A DNA stretch of 64,000 bases, taken from assembly GCA_010093815.1 (NCBI GenBank), contig ML996567.1; one strand, given 5' to 3'. The translations under genes were made by a program, and so were the position numbers. Origin of the DNA: Pseudovirgaria hyperparasitica (lineage: Eukaryota). Below, in pieces: positions 1 through 13,136 of this stretch. Position 1 is the stretch's first letter. Every line of letters starts with the position of its first letter. Under the pieces are notes generated by a model, which was not told where the DNA came from, did not search any database, and worked only from the letters and a program-made list of their open reading frames with translations.

Positions 1-384
1 CGACGATGTGTTGCTAGATAGATGTCCGGTATTGATCCTTAGGATAGGCACGTCTTTCTCTCTGGTTTCGCTGAGATCTGTGGTAGAAGACGCAAATGAG
101 CTAAAGCCTGAAGATATATCACCGTCATCTGATACGTTCGTCTGCCACTGTACTCCGCTCCGCTCCGCAGGTGCGAGAACAGGCTCCGCGGACGATCTTA
201 TGCGCAATGACACCGATGGTTCAGCTCGATCAGGGGTCACAGCGGTCTTGACGTCTGTCATTGTGAGACTTCGCCGATCCCTTGTGATTCTCGAGCCTCG
301 TGCTTGGGTTGTATCTGGAGCAGCGTTTGGCTCAACCGAAGATCGAGGGCTCGATGAGGCGTTTTGTGAAACCGTCCGTTGCAT
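1..384 (-). CDS. 5' part of an unidentified gene (Ser/Thr-rich N-terminus), running off the window
   Basis: ATG at 384 opens a stop-free minus-strand frame MQRTVSQNASSSPRSS...PILRINTGHLSSNTSS to the window edge. No recognisable domain. Confidence 0.45.
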   Translation of the reverse strand, partial: MQRTVSQNASSSPRSSVEPNAAPDTTQARGSRITRDRRSLTMTDVKTAVTPDRAEPSVSLRIRSSAEPVLAPAERSGVQWQTNVSDDGDISSGFSSFASSTTDLSETREKDVPILRINTGHLSSNTSS

Positions 385-1341
385 ATTATAGAATTTGAAA
401 GAGCGCATCAAACTGAATGTGTGATGCACCTCGCCGAGTGTTGAGCAGGGTTAATACGGAAGTCTCAGAAGTTGATAGTGTAGCATGTAAAGGAAGAAAC
501 AGAGTGAAAAGAATCCTTGTAGTAGTAGGGATTATTCGTGGAGGAGATGGATAGGAATAGCGAATGTGTCTGGATATAAGAGGCTGCAGGGACAAGAAGG
601 TCGATACCTCGACGGTACCGAATGCGGAAGTCCCCATACGTGCAACGTCTAGTAGGTGCAGGATGACCCATTAGTTAGGACATAGAGGATGCTGAGCCCT
701 GATCCAAAGATAGTCTGTCTTAGTATCCGCTCACCGAAATAGTCCAGAAGGCTCCAGGGTCCAATGAGGCTGTCTTGTCGTCATCTCTGTTGAGCAAGAC
801 GATGGAAGATCACTCATTGACGGGACTGATAGACTTCCGTCAACATACGGAACCATGGCACGGAGAGTTTTTCCTCACAACGTGCAATGGCATACAGACC
901 ACTTCTTTGGTATACATTTAGCACATCAAACAAAGCCATGCCCTTGGCGATTCCTTCTGCGTATTGTGCTTCTCGTCCTGATCAATCGGTGGTGGAAGAC
1001 AGTTTTTGGAGTTTTCTGGGCATGGCCTGGAGGTGTCGAAACACGAAGGAACAAAACATTCGAACATTGTGGGGTTGTATGACGCACTCTCACCATCTAG
1101 ATTGCAGTAATATAACATTTACGACCAGGCCCGGAGTTTGTGCTCGTCAAACATTCGATGGTAGACGTATTTACTCGGGGCTTTGAATTGTGGTCTGTTG
1201 AGTGCCAAGTCCTAGTGCCGCGTGATTGGTTGGACTGAGTGTCGGCACTAGCGCCACTATATCGGTTTGTAGTAACAAGCCAGCTGTCTTGAAATTGAGC
1301 TATAGAACACAATACGGGCAATAGATGCACATAGACCAACA

Positions 1342-3124
1342 ATGAGGACAGTGCAGCTAGAGGCTCTAATACTTCTTGCTCCAGCAATTACCCCGGTCCT
1401 TGCTGCTTCAGACTCATCTCGACCGCGGGGTGTAGGTCCTGAATGTGAGCTTCCGGAACAAGCTATCTCGTTATTGATCAATGCTCATTATACACAGTTG
1501 CAAAGTTCTTCAAAGATGCAAACACATTCACTTGCATCTCGAGTCCGTCTGTCAAGATTCCTTTCTCCCGCGTCAACGACGACTACTGCGACTGCCCGGA
1601 CGGCTCTGATGAGCCAGGCACTTCCGCGTGCTCCTATATCTCGCCCTTGTCGCCTCCCACCGTCGAAGAGAACACCTCACTAGCCCTACCTGGCTTCTAC
1701 TGTAAGAACAAGGGTCATTTGCCTGCATATGTACCATTTACGAACGTCAATGACGGTATATGTGACTACGAACAATGTTGTGATGGCAGTGAAGAGTGGG
1801 AGGGTGTCGGAGGCGTGAAGTGCGAGGACAAATGCAAAGAGATTGGCAAGGAGTGGAGGAAACTAGACGATGCCCGGCAAAAGTCGTTGAACAATGCAAA
1901 TCGCAAGCGAAAGGAGCTCGTAACTGAAGCCGCGCGGTTGCGCAAAGAGGTGGAAGATAGGCTTCAAACGCTGGCCACTGAGATTCAAGGATCAGAGCTC
2001 AAGGTTAGCGGGCTTGAAAAGGAGCTCACTGACATCGAGCGCGCCGAGAAAGGCAAGGTTATCAGAGGAGCGGGCAAGGGTGGAAGAATGACTGTTCTGA
2101 TCTCACTCGCAAAGGGACGGACAGAAGAGCTGAGAAGTCAATTGGAGAAGACGCGAACAGAACGAAATGACTTGAAAAAAAGAATCGTGGATCTTGAATC
2201 GATCTTGACTCAATTCAAGGTCGAGTACAATCCAAACTTTAATGACGAAGGCGTCAAAAGCGCTGTCAGAAGATGGGAGGACTATGCTGCCAAAGACCAT
2301 CCCAAAGACGACCCTACTCGCGAAGCCGACCTAGATGAAATCCTTGAACCAGACGAATCTCACGGTCTGACCTGGGCAGACTATGAGAAAGATGACGAGG
2401 AATCCGATGTCGACGTCCGTAAGTTAACCTATCATCATCCCCTTTTTAATTGACCGGGAACTAACGTCATCCAGTCTATCAATTCGAAAAATATCTCCCC
2501 GCCTCCCTTCGCACCTGGATTGACCAGAAACTCCGCGACCTACGCATCATGCTCATCGAGAACGGCATCCTCGCCTCTCCCGCCGCAGAAGGCGACGAGC
2601 CGCAAGCCATCAAAGACGCGCGCGAGCGCCTCAAGTCCGCACAAGATGATCTCAAAAAGAATCGCGACGAGCTCGAAAAGCACAAAGCAGATCTTGACAC
2701 AGACTACGGCCCAGCCGAGGTCTTCCGCGCGCTCAAGTCCAAATGTGTCTCTCACGAATCTGGCGAGTACACCTACGAGGTCTGCTACCTGGATAAGACG
2801 AAGCAGATCCCCAGAAAAGGAGGTGCGCATACGGGCATGGGGAATTTCGTGCGTATCGAGAAGATCATGGTGGACGACGAGCTACCGCCAGACGGCAAGG
2901 GGCTTGGCAGTGGGGAAAGATGGGCATTGAAGTATGAAAACGGCAATCACTGCTGGAACGGACCGAACCGCAGTACGCTTGTCGTGCTGGCTTGTGCGGA
3001 CAGCGATGAGGTGTGGAAGACGGTCGAGGAAGAGAAGTGCGTGTACAGAATGGAGGTGGGCACACCGGCGGTGTGTGAAGGGGCGAAAAAGGCAGATGAT
3101 GAGAGAGCAAAGGATGAATTGTGA
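1342..3124 (+). CDS. GTB1: Glucosidase II beta subunit (PRKCSH/GTB1), 2 introns
   Basis: Signal peptide, RPRGVGPE, VNDDYCDCPDGSDEPGTSAC and VNDGICDY..CCDGSEE motifs, coiled coil, MRH domain (YENGNHCWNGPNRS...YRMEVGTPAVC) and C-terminal KDEL. Introns at about 1445-1497 and 2419-2475. Confidence 0.95.
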
Positions 3125-3694
3125 TGGACTGTATCACCTCATAACAAGACGAAGATCTATGGAAGGGGCCGAGGGATGTGTTCGCAACACCTAGCGATCA
3201 TGACGAATCTCAAACGCTCACAATTTTGGGGACAGATAAAGAGTGTCTGCGGATAGAGCAATTTTAGATACTTACTACAGGCATATAAAGCATCAGTTTT
3301 GAGTCTCATCGTGCGTACAACGATGTCGAGAAGGTGCAGGCGCACAACCCATGTTAAATGCTTCGTCGTCAGATACGCTTCAAGAGTGGTCGCGAAACAT
3401 AGTCGAGTCCGAAGAGGAATCATGCTCCTTGATATGGCAGCAATTATAAGTTATCCTGTTGGCAAGACTTATAACATGGTCGTCGTGTTAAATGCCCGGT
3501 ATTTGGTCAAGACTTGATTCTGATGGAAACTGATCCCATGATAGGTCCATACCGGCCACGCCTTTCTTATCGTGTGACACCAAATCATTTGATTAAACAC
3601 AACTGAGTTAGTTCATCAAGCTTATCTGAGACGTTCAGTCTGCTTTGACAGCGAAAAGAGGAAGGATCCCATGGTGATCTATCGATGATCATGT

Positions 3695-5358
3695 CTATGT
3701 ACACTCCTCAATGCGCTCTGCGACGTCGAAGACTAAGTGGTCGTCTCCGAACTGGCCAATGACTTGTATGCCGATGCCATTACTCTTGTTTCCACCAACT
3801 GGCATACTAAGTGCTGGCAGACCAGCAAGACTAGCAGGAACAGTAAAGACGTCATTCGTGTACGCATCTACCGGCTGCTGATCCCTCAGCCTCTCGAGCT
3901 CAGGGGGTGGCGTTGGCGCAGTAGGACATATCAGGACATCAACGCCTTCTGCGTTTGACGTACGGTGCTCAGGATACAGGGGATTTGGCTTCCTGAAGGC
4001 CTTGTTGAAGTCATCCTGCACCAGTTTACGGACCTTTTGTGCTTGGATGAAGTAGTTGTCCTTCGCTTCTGCGCTGAGGGAGTAGGCTCCCAGCAGGATT
4101 CGCCGCTTGGCTTCTGCGCCAAGCTCGCCTCGGGTCTTTGCGAATAGGACGGAGTCTGAGGTACCATCGGGGCCTGAGGTCCTTTCGCCGTAGCGCACCC
4201 CGTCGTATTTTGCCAGGTTCGATGATACCTCAGCTGGTGCCAGAACGTAGTATGCAGACAACGCATGACGGGTTGTCTGCAGTTCAACAGGTACCAGTGT
4301 TGCCCCCTGACCCTGTAGGGCTTGCAATGTAGTAATCCAGGCGTTTTTAACTGCCGTGTCCAGCTCATCGATATTGTAGTCAGTTGGGACCCCAACTCGC
4401 AACGAGACCACGTCTTTTCCATTCTCCATGCATACGTTAGAACGCATTCGGGCGCGGATGTGCTCAGAAAGACTTGTGGGGTCGCGTGCATCGAATGCGT
4501 TGAGGGCATCTATGCTCGTGTTAGCTGGGTAAAGTGGCCGGTTCATGATATCTACCAAACATGATTCGCGTGTCTCCGAGGTTTCTTCCAAACACGCCAA
4601 CGGTATCGAGGGAGTTTGCATATGCTATTACGCCCCATCGAGAAACCAGTCCGTACGAGGGTTTAAAGCCTACGACATTATTATACGCAGCCGGGAGTCT
4701 GACTGAGCCACCTGTGTCTGTACCAACCGCCCTGTAGTTCTTTCAGTAAGTGTCTCGAATCAGGACCATCAAGTTTCATACGCATGGCACTGTCCAGTAG
4801 CAACGGCTACAGCGCTGCCTCCTGAGCTTCCTCCGACACTAGTTATTTGACCACTTGCAGAAACTTGCGATACTGGGCCGAAGTGCGAATGTGTAGAGTG
4901 GGATCCCATGCCAAACTCATCCAGATTGGTTTTGCCTGCTATCACAGCTCCAGACGCACGTAGCTTCTCAATTATGGTCGCATCGTACGGACTCGTAAAA
5001 TGTCTCAGGAGGCGCGAGCCAGCAGTTGTCGGAAGGCTAGAGGTACATATGTTGTCTTTGACAGCTATAAGTTTCCCAGACAAAGGGCCTGAAGCAAGTC
5101 AGTCTTGTGCACATGTATTCTTATATTTTTGACTTCACCTTTGGCTGGTGCTGCTTCATGTTCTGCAACCTCTCGAAGCAGGATGTCCGCGTTCGGAACA
5201 CTTATGAAGGCATTCAGACTCTTGAACGCGGATTGTGCGACCAGAGCCTTCTCAGCTTCTTGCAGCAGGGTAGCTTTTTGCCCTAGACTGCGCAACATAG
5301 AGTGCGGCGAATTTCGTTCTGAGCCATGCGATATATCGATTCTGAATTTCCTAAGCAT
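3695..5358 (-). CDS. HER2: Mitochondrial Glu-tRNA(Gln) amidotransferase subunit A (amidase signature family), 3 introns
   Basis: [30 protein letters not shown], spliced [46 protein letters not shown]. Confidence 0.93.
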
Positions 5359-5930
5359 GTGCTTAGGCCGCGTCGCGAGTCGCGAGCTGTAACCCCGGAG
5401 CTAGGTGGGCTTCGCACCGCTGACGTTGTACCAAGGTAGCCTCGGTCTCACTCACATGCACATAGAGCATTCGTTCATGTGCATCATTACTAGAACTGCA
5501 TGTAATACAGCGTAGATGTATTGTACATATAGCCTCTACACCACTAATTACTATTGTACGGCATCAGATTTCACCAGCTCTCTATCACAAGTAGCTTCAG
5601 CATCAAGCCCGAGCTTCCACATCCCCGCGAGTGACCTCATCACCAGATAACCGCCTGATCACTCATATTCATACACTCACGTTCTGCTTCACGGGTAGAG
5701 ACATTCTAGCGCGTGTCCTTCAGCTAGACTAAGAGTCCAAGGTCTTCTTCTGCACGCGCGAGCCTCTCATTACGGAATAAAGTCTGGCAGACGTAATAAC
5801 ATGACGCAGTAGCTTCCACGCATGCATGGCCGCACTTGGCAAGTTTCCTCTGTCTTTCTCATCAACAAGCTGCAACAACTTGTCTGTACGGTGAACTAAT
5901 GCTTCACCAGATTCCCCGTGGACAGATTAC

Positions 5931-7623
5931 ATGTCGAACTCACATCGAAACTCCTACGATGGACCATCGCAAGCGGCGGCGGATCCCAACCCTCCCACCT
6001 ACGCCGCCTTCGCGCCTTCGTCTGGTCCACAGAGTAGCACTGTGTCGCAACAACGTTCGACCATACTAGTACACCAAAAGAGCCCTCTTCTGGTCGCAAC
6101 TCCACCACAAGTCACACGAGTACTCGCATTCTCGCATCCGTTCATCTTGACATTGAGCAAGATCGTAGGGCTGATAACATGGACAACAGGAGATCCCTGG
6201 GAAAGTTTTCTTATGGTAGCCGGCTTCTGGCTACTGACAATATATGGAGATTTGGTTGTAAGATGGGCCGGGCCACTCGTGGTGGTCGTAGGGATCATAA
6301 TCGGAATGTATTCAAGAAGATATTCTCCTCTGTCATCCACAGGCTGGACCGGCGAGAAACAGAAAGGGCACAGAAGAGGCGATCCCGAGACCACCAACAC
6401 GAGGCACCATAAGAGCCTAGAAGAGATCGTAAATACCGTCAAACTGTTCACTTCAAGGTGTAACATACTACTGGACCCTTTTCTACGATTTACAGACTTC
6501 CTATCCACGCAAAGAACAGCAACATCAGCAACCACTAGGCCCGCCCTGACAACAATGTTTATTCGCATATTGCTCATCACTCCTGTCTGGATTCTCATGA
6601 CGTTGCCGCCATTGTATTTGATAACAACGAAAAGAGTAATTCTAAGCGTTGGGACTGTGATTCTGAGTTGGCACTCAAGGCCTGCAAGAGTATCTCGGCT
6701 TGTCTTATGGCGGTCAAAAACAGTTCGAAAGGTATGTGCGACGGTGACGGGCTTGAATTTCGAAAGTCTGGAAAACCAAAACGGCAAGAACAAAACGGAT
6801 AGACCACCCCCACTCCCACCACGGACCAGGAGTGCAAACGCAATCGCGGCATCTCTCGCTGCGAAGAGAAGGTCTGATTCCCCAGGTATCCGCTTCACAT
6901 TCTCCATATTCGAGAACCAGAGAAGATGGCTTGGTATTGGCTGGACTGCATCGATGCTAGCTTATGAGCGGGCTGCGTGGACTGATGAGACTCTATTTCC
7001 AGCACCGTCGAAAGATGCTTTCGATCTACCGGAGGTTGAAGGAGGACATGCAAAATGGAGATGGGTTGATGGCAGTATATGGAGAGTCGATGGTGCTGAA
7101 TATAGTGAATCCGATCCTTCCGGGAGTCAATCCGTTAATGGGTGGCTTTTTTACGATAACAAGGTGAGATATCAATACTGGCTATTGTCCCTGGCCCTAA
7201 CATCCATAATAGTGGCGAGATGGTCGAAGAGGGTTAGATGGCTGGGGCCGTTATACTCGGCGCCGAAAGTGGTATAGAGACGCCGAGCTTGTTGAGATCT
7301 CCCCTTCGATGGACGTCACGCCTTCACCAACGCCTCGACTGAGCTCGTCGCCAAAAGCTGGCTCAGTCGTCGGGTCAGAGTCTGAAGCAACATTGTTGGA
7401 TGACACAGCCAATGAGAGCGACGCTAACAGTCAAGGCACAAGGCGCCGACGTTGGTTCAGAAGAAGCAGCAACTCTGGGAGCATGAAGAGTGGTGACACA
7501 GAAGGAAGTGCGGCGAGCTCTCGTAGGAGTGACGATGATAATGACCTCCACACGCCTGTGCGGCATCAGCAGCGCCAAGATGAATGGAATTTTGGAGATG
7601 AGGCCCGCATGCAGCTAGGATAG
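5931..7623 (+). CDS. Pex23/Pex30-family integral peroxisomal/ER membrane protein with dysferlin domain, 1 intron
   Basis: Hydrophobic reticulon-like segments and FENQRRWLGIGW. After the intron (about 7163-7212) the frame reads DGWGRYTRRRKWYRDAEL, a dysferlin motif. Confidence 0.88.
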
Positions 7624-10600
7624 AAACATGACATTAGCGCGGAGTTACAGGAGCACATCGCGATACCATTAGGATGTTGACACGCGGTCCCAATCTGATA
7701 ATGGTGGCTCGAGGCTTGGTCACATTTGATCAAGATTGGTGTGTGCCATGTCTCATGCGTGAGTACAATGTTGACCTGCCAACATCACGTAATCATAGAT
7801 TTAAGCATGTATGTACCATGTTGTCCACCACCTGCCAACACACCTCATTTCTACTCCCACTTCCATCTCCCTTGCTTGAATATTGACAGTCCTGATACTG
7901 CATCTATCACGCTCTCTACGCCGGTTGGTGGTGTTGGTCTCGCATGGCACGTACTCTTGGTCCATTGTACCAATCGCAAACCTAAGTGGATCCGCAACGG
8001 AACTCAAATACTGTCGCAGATGCATTCATGCGTTCGCAAACATATGACAGATGGCTTTCAGAACTGTCTAACGAATGGATGCAAGTCAGATCCGCAATTT
8101 GCCTGCCAATCCACGATCTCGGTCACCTACCGCGACGACGTTGTCGTGGTTTCACCCACTGAAACGTAGCGAGCACGCCATCGACGGCAGATTCGAACGA
8201 CCGCAGACGTCCTCCTACAAGTAGTTCCTTTGCCTCGGGGTCTATGGCCGCATGATTTCACCACGAAATCGCCATATGGTTCTTTAGTCTTAACAGGATC
8301 TATGGGCCAGCCGATTATTCTTCTACTTGCTGGAAGACGTCAAATGCAAGACCAAACCAGAGCATCTCGTCTCGCGTACCTCGATCGCGCAGAACGGCAC
8401 GTCTCTCGGCGACCTTCCCAGACAGTCTTATCTTGGTCTCGATTAAACGGATCACGCGTTGGTACGACCTTCACCCTGGCTAGTGAGCTCTAGTAGACGA
8501 CTTGCGGCCGACTTCCCTACTTTGAGCGAGCAGGGTTGTGGTTCAGCATGCCTATCTCTGGGATCGCGGATGAAGAAGCTTTGCTTGTTGACTTCAGCTT
8601 CATCGTTGGGCCAGTATTACCCCAAAGCGCACTCTGGTGTATAGCCACTCCTCTGTCGCCGTATATTTCTTTCCTCTACATGTTCGAGCTGTCGGAAATG
8701 CGAGCACTTGCCCATGGTCCTGTGCAGAACTTGCACCCGTAGTCATTGGCGAGCGGACCAACAAGTATTATGTGAAGCATTTGTACCGGCTACGGCTGCC
8801 TTCTGAGTAACCGAGTATCCTAACTTCACAAGCTCAGCTCTGTTATATTTCGAGGATATCAATTGTTCAAGGATCTACCATTCATAGCACTCTAGGATTC
8901 GCAGTAGGACAATTCAACCGCCTCTTGCATACTCAGCCTACGAACACCTCCGGACCCAGGTCCCAAGTCTTGCTGTTAGGGCGGCGCCGGATGATTCAAG
9001 CAAATTGCTCCGTTCCTGGTCCCGAAGCCAATGAAGACAATGACCAATTCGCCTGAATGTCTAGAGTCTTGTGCTTGCAGTCTCGTGACGATATGCCTGT
9101 GTGTCGGGTCAAAGACTGAGCTATCGCTCTGTGGAAAGAGGACGCAACACGAAGTCCGACTATCTGCGAACTATCAGTAACGTCTTGATTCTATCTCCTT
9201 CGATTCACGAGTGGAGCTAAAAGCGGTCTCCTGGGCTTCGTTGAAAGAGTCGACCAAGGTGAAGATGGGACGGCAGACAGGCCTGGATGATCGAGACGTG
9301 CAAATACACACCCGAAAATCATCAAGCCAAGGCCGAGCATGCCAGTTGTAAGTCTCGTAATTACGGACACATGCGATTTAACAATTGCTCAGAAGTGGCA
9401 GCACATGTCAACTGTAGCATGTCTTAGGTATCGACTTCGACTTCATCGTACGACTAAGCACAACCTCCATCAGACGCAACACGAAGCCTGTAACGGTTCT
9501 GTAATTCTCGCTATTTTCACAATAGGGACGCAGTCCGACAATCCCACGTCCCCACTACAGCTCTACCGACACACTTTCAATTACGTTACTTTAGAGGATT
9601 CGATTTACGATATCGGACTTCGCCAATAATTGACATTCAAATCACGAAGCCCTCTCGACACAGCACTAATGGAAACATGGCGAACTTATCAGGCCAATCA
9701 ACAGCCATGTTGTGACGAATAGGAAGTCAACTGCAACAATCGGCCCTTCCAACGTCAGCTGCTATACCAATGTCGCTCATACAAAATGAGTACTCGAACG
9801 CAAGTCTCGATGCTATCTAGCCGTGTGCAATCACTTCCGCTACCATTCATGCACAGTTCCATGAAAGAGGCAGTGATGGACTCTAGACGAAGCACGTAGT
9901 AGCTGTGCGTATGAGATATCTCCTTCGAGCAAAGACGCCGCGCAAATAGCGCATCGAGCATCCCACGTCCCAGGATAATGGTGTATGCATATAATTCTTG
10001 CATACAATCGAAATCCTGAAAGGCTGCAGGCGAGGATCTCCAACGACACGGACATTCCCAATCGATCTTCAGTCGCGTTAGCCGCTTGGATTGGTATCCA
10101 CTTCGACTGACCTCTATGTACGCAAAGGAAAAGGCTCTAAGAGTGGCATCGAAAGGGACGGTCCCACTTAATTTTCCACTTTGCATGATACACAAAGAGG
10201 TCACTTGAAGTAAAGAGCAAAGGGAATCATCAAGAAACCTGGAGCCCCCACACCTGTCACGCATTGCCAAGCTGATTTCACCCTATCATTCGCAAGCACT
10301 AGCGTCGTCGGCGCAAGGCCAGATCGTAAAGCCGAGACACTTTCCGCTGACCAACGCCGCATCCATCAGCTTCACGGCCACCGTTGCCCGACGGCTATAA
10401 CCACATCGGCCCATCTAGTGATCGTGGAATATACACAGCGACTTATATCAAGGAATTCTGTCAGCTCCATCCGGAGCGCCAGGACGATGAAATGACCTTG
10501 TAAAATATACTACTTTACGGAGCTTCGATGCGCCTCGGAGCTGTACCAACGGTCCGGGCTTCTGGACCTCCCTTACGGACCGTCGGCGGGACGTACACGC

Positions 10601-11892
10601 TGTGGTTGCACGCATCTCATCACGGGCCATGATGAACTCCTGATTGGGCTACTGGCCAAGCCGGAGCATCCTTGAGCTGGCTCACATTGGACGCCGCAAA
10701 ATACGCGAGTCATCAGTCCCACGATGCAGGATGACCAGAAGTTGGAGCTCAGAGACCGCTAGCGCTTGATGGAGTATGCCAACAACATATCTGATAGTCG
10801 TCAGGCTTCACACATTCGACCGCACATCACTACCACAATCGGCCTGGGTCGTAGCATCAAACCCTGTTCTGTCGTGGAGTCCTGCATAGGTCTGGGCACA
10901 CGCCGGGCGAGCCACCAAACATCGCAGTGTACGGGTCGCTCTGTCTATACGATATCATTCATGGCAGGTCGATACATATCATGCTCGTTTTCCGATGACC
11001 CGGCGTCCGGGTACCTCCGATACGGTAGGCTGTGATTACCAGTATAGCGCGTCAAATAGGGCACGCAACGCCGGGTGGGTCACACGGCTTGGAGAAGAGT
11101 GAGTAGGCCATCCATTGCCATCTCAGGTGATTTAACATGTAGCCGGAATAAGCGACACGAAGGCCAGGTAGAAATGCCAAAGCCGAAGGGTTCCAAAGCC
11201 GTCCCTGCACAGATGCAACTTAGCGCAGTATTAAGATGCGCTAAGCAGCCTTGATTTACCCACGTCACATCGTACAGGTCAAGTTTGAGGTAAGGTCAGA
11301 GATGCGTTTGCAGCTGCATCCGCATGTATTCGTGTAGTGGTTGGGTAAATGGACCCCACGCCATGTCTCTGATTCCGACGGGTGTTGATCTTACCCGATG
11401 GCAGTTGTCGTCAATGTCATCCACGTGCATGCTCTGCTGCTGGCTGGTCGACGAGCCCCCGGCTCGTTCCCATCCTTGCTAGGCCACTCCATCCCCACGC
11501 CACATACATGCTGCAGTAGATGTACTCTTGGCATTCAGTACTCTGGCAGACATATTGTGTATAGTACCGGTAAGTTTATGGTCCATGTTTGATGTCTAGA
11601 TACACTGCTGTGATCATGCCTGGCCTGGCGAGAGGTAGAGGACAGCAAAGATATGCAGTATGTTGACATGCCGCGACGACCGAGAGCAGCGCCGAGACGC
11701 AGACGTGTCGATGAGATGGATGGGTACAGGAACGGGTGGGTGGCATGGCGCTACGCCGGCCAGACGAGTCTGACCCTGTCCGGGAGGTGTAGGTATGTCT
11801 GATGGTTGGAGGGAGCAGTGTGGGATGGTTGTATTGGACCAAACACACGTATCCTGCATATCTCGCGACGGGGGTGAGCAACCCTTGGGAAA

Positions 11893-11903
11893 GTGTATAT
11901 AAG
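11893..11903 (+). promoter_or_regulatory. TATA-like box of metallothionein gene 1
   Basis: GTGTATATAAG about 130 nt upstream of the ATG at 12030, followed by a C/A-rich leader ending TCAACAATG. Confidence 0.5.
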
Positions 11904-12029
11904 GAGTGCTGGCTCGCGGTCTGTGAAGGTCGATTCTTCATCCGCGATCGATATCTTTGCAATACTACAAGCTTTTACTACTACTACAACCAAATTCTTT
12001 CGATTTTTAAATCAACCAACTCTGTCAAC

Positions 12030-12367
12030 ATGTCTCCCTGGTGAGTCCTCTCTCCCTTCTCGTGACGGGCTGGTCGAGCTGGTAACGTCTTGTGCATTAC
12101 CACTTGACATCATCAGCTCGGCTTCGACAGTATATGTATACCCTTGACAAGGATAACGCTGACCTCAATGCCTATTCACAGTAGCTGCTCCTCTTGCTCT
12201 TGCTCCGGCAACTGCAACTCGTGCGGCTGTGGTGCCTGCAGCGTACGTTCCTCTCTCCCATCACTCATCTCTTTCACCCACTTCACTTCCCTACCCTTCC
12301 CTTCCTCCCACTCCTTCCCAAGAGCCAGCAAAACACCACTACCGTACTGACAACCACCAAGCACTAA
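12030..12367 (+). CDS. Metallothionein, 25 aa, 3 exons: MSPCSCSSCSCSGNCNSCGCGACSH (CAP5-like)
   Basis: Exons 12030-12040, 12182-12242 and 12362-12367. Intron 1 is GTGAGT...GCTGAC...CAG and intron 2 is GTACGT...ACTGAC...AAG. 8 Cys, three CxC pairs. Confidence 0.88.
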
Positions 12368-13136
12368 GCTTTCCCAACAACCGTCTCCCTACTCCCTTTC
12401 CATCGACAACAATAACAACGCATCTCTGAGCACGTTTTGAGCCGCAGCACAATACACATACAAACAACCTCTTTTCTTCTCTACTTGCTTGCTAGCTGGG
12501 AAGGAAGAGCCGGACATGAGCGGGTTCTAAACCACTGTAAGGGTACGACATGATGGGATCGTGAGCGTTGGAGCTTTTGGGTTGTGTTATGTAGGATGGT
12601 GTATATCTGAATATATAACTTGGAGAGAAAATTCTCGAGACTTTGTGTATGTGATGTGAATGTGATGTGATGTTATGAGTGACTGGGCTTTGAAGTCTTA
12701 GGTACGTGGCGGTGGTGGTTTGTACTGGTGGTCAGATCGATAGGGCTGATGTGCCTTATCTGCGTAAGTATGAAACAATGTTCAGGGATTGTGCCTGATG
12801 CTCGAAGTAAGGGGAGTGAGTCTGTGCAGAGGGAGAGGATGGACCACAGTGGAGGAGGATATAGTGAAGCATGTATGGTATGGAACAAAAATGTCGTATT
12901 CAATGGTGTATGTGTCAATTTGGTATCTCAAAGCTCGATTTGTTTGCGAAGAGAGAGGATGATAGCGTTTGCCTTGTACATCATCCCATTAATCCGTCGG
13001 CCTGGAAAGTAACAACCACGAATCCTGATCAACCAAGCAAGCAATAGCAAATTTGAAGGAGTGACATCCTAGCAAAAACTCCGAATCATGCAATCTGTGT
13101 ATCCGAAGGGGGGTTGTTGGTGTGTTGTGGATTGGG

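Noticed and set aside
3107..3124. KDEL instead of HDEL on glucosidase II beta
   Set aside because: KDEL-type retention signals are common in filamentous fungi.
5999..6907. 302-aa minus-strand ORF
   Set aside because: Antisense shadow of the peroxin gene with no motifs of its own.
8900..9340. Possible spliced small gene on the minus strand
   Set aside because: Weak donor (GTGAAT) and no recognisable product in any frame tried.
11400..11900. Ace1/AceA copper-response sites upstream of metallothionein gene 1
   Set aside because: GCTG cores are present, but the ones I checked do not fit the HTHNNGCTG consensus.
12144..12350. 68-aa Cys-containing ORF in the track
   Set aside because: Read-through of introns around exon 2 of the spliced metallothionein.
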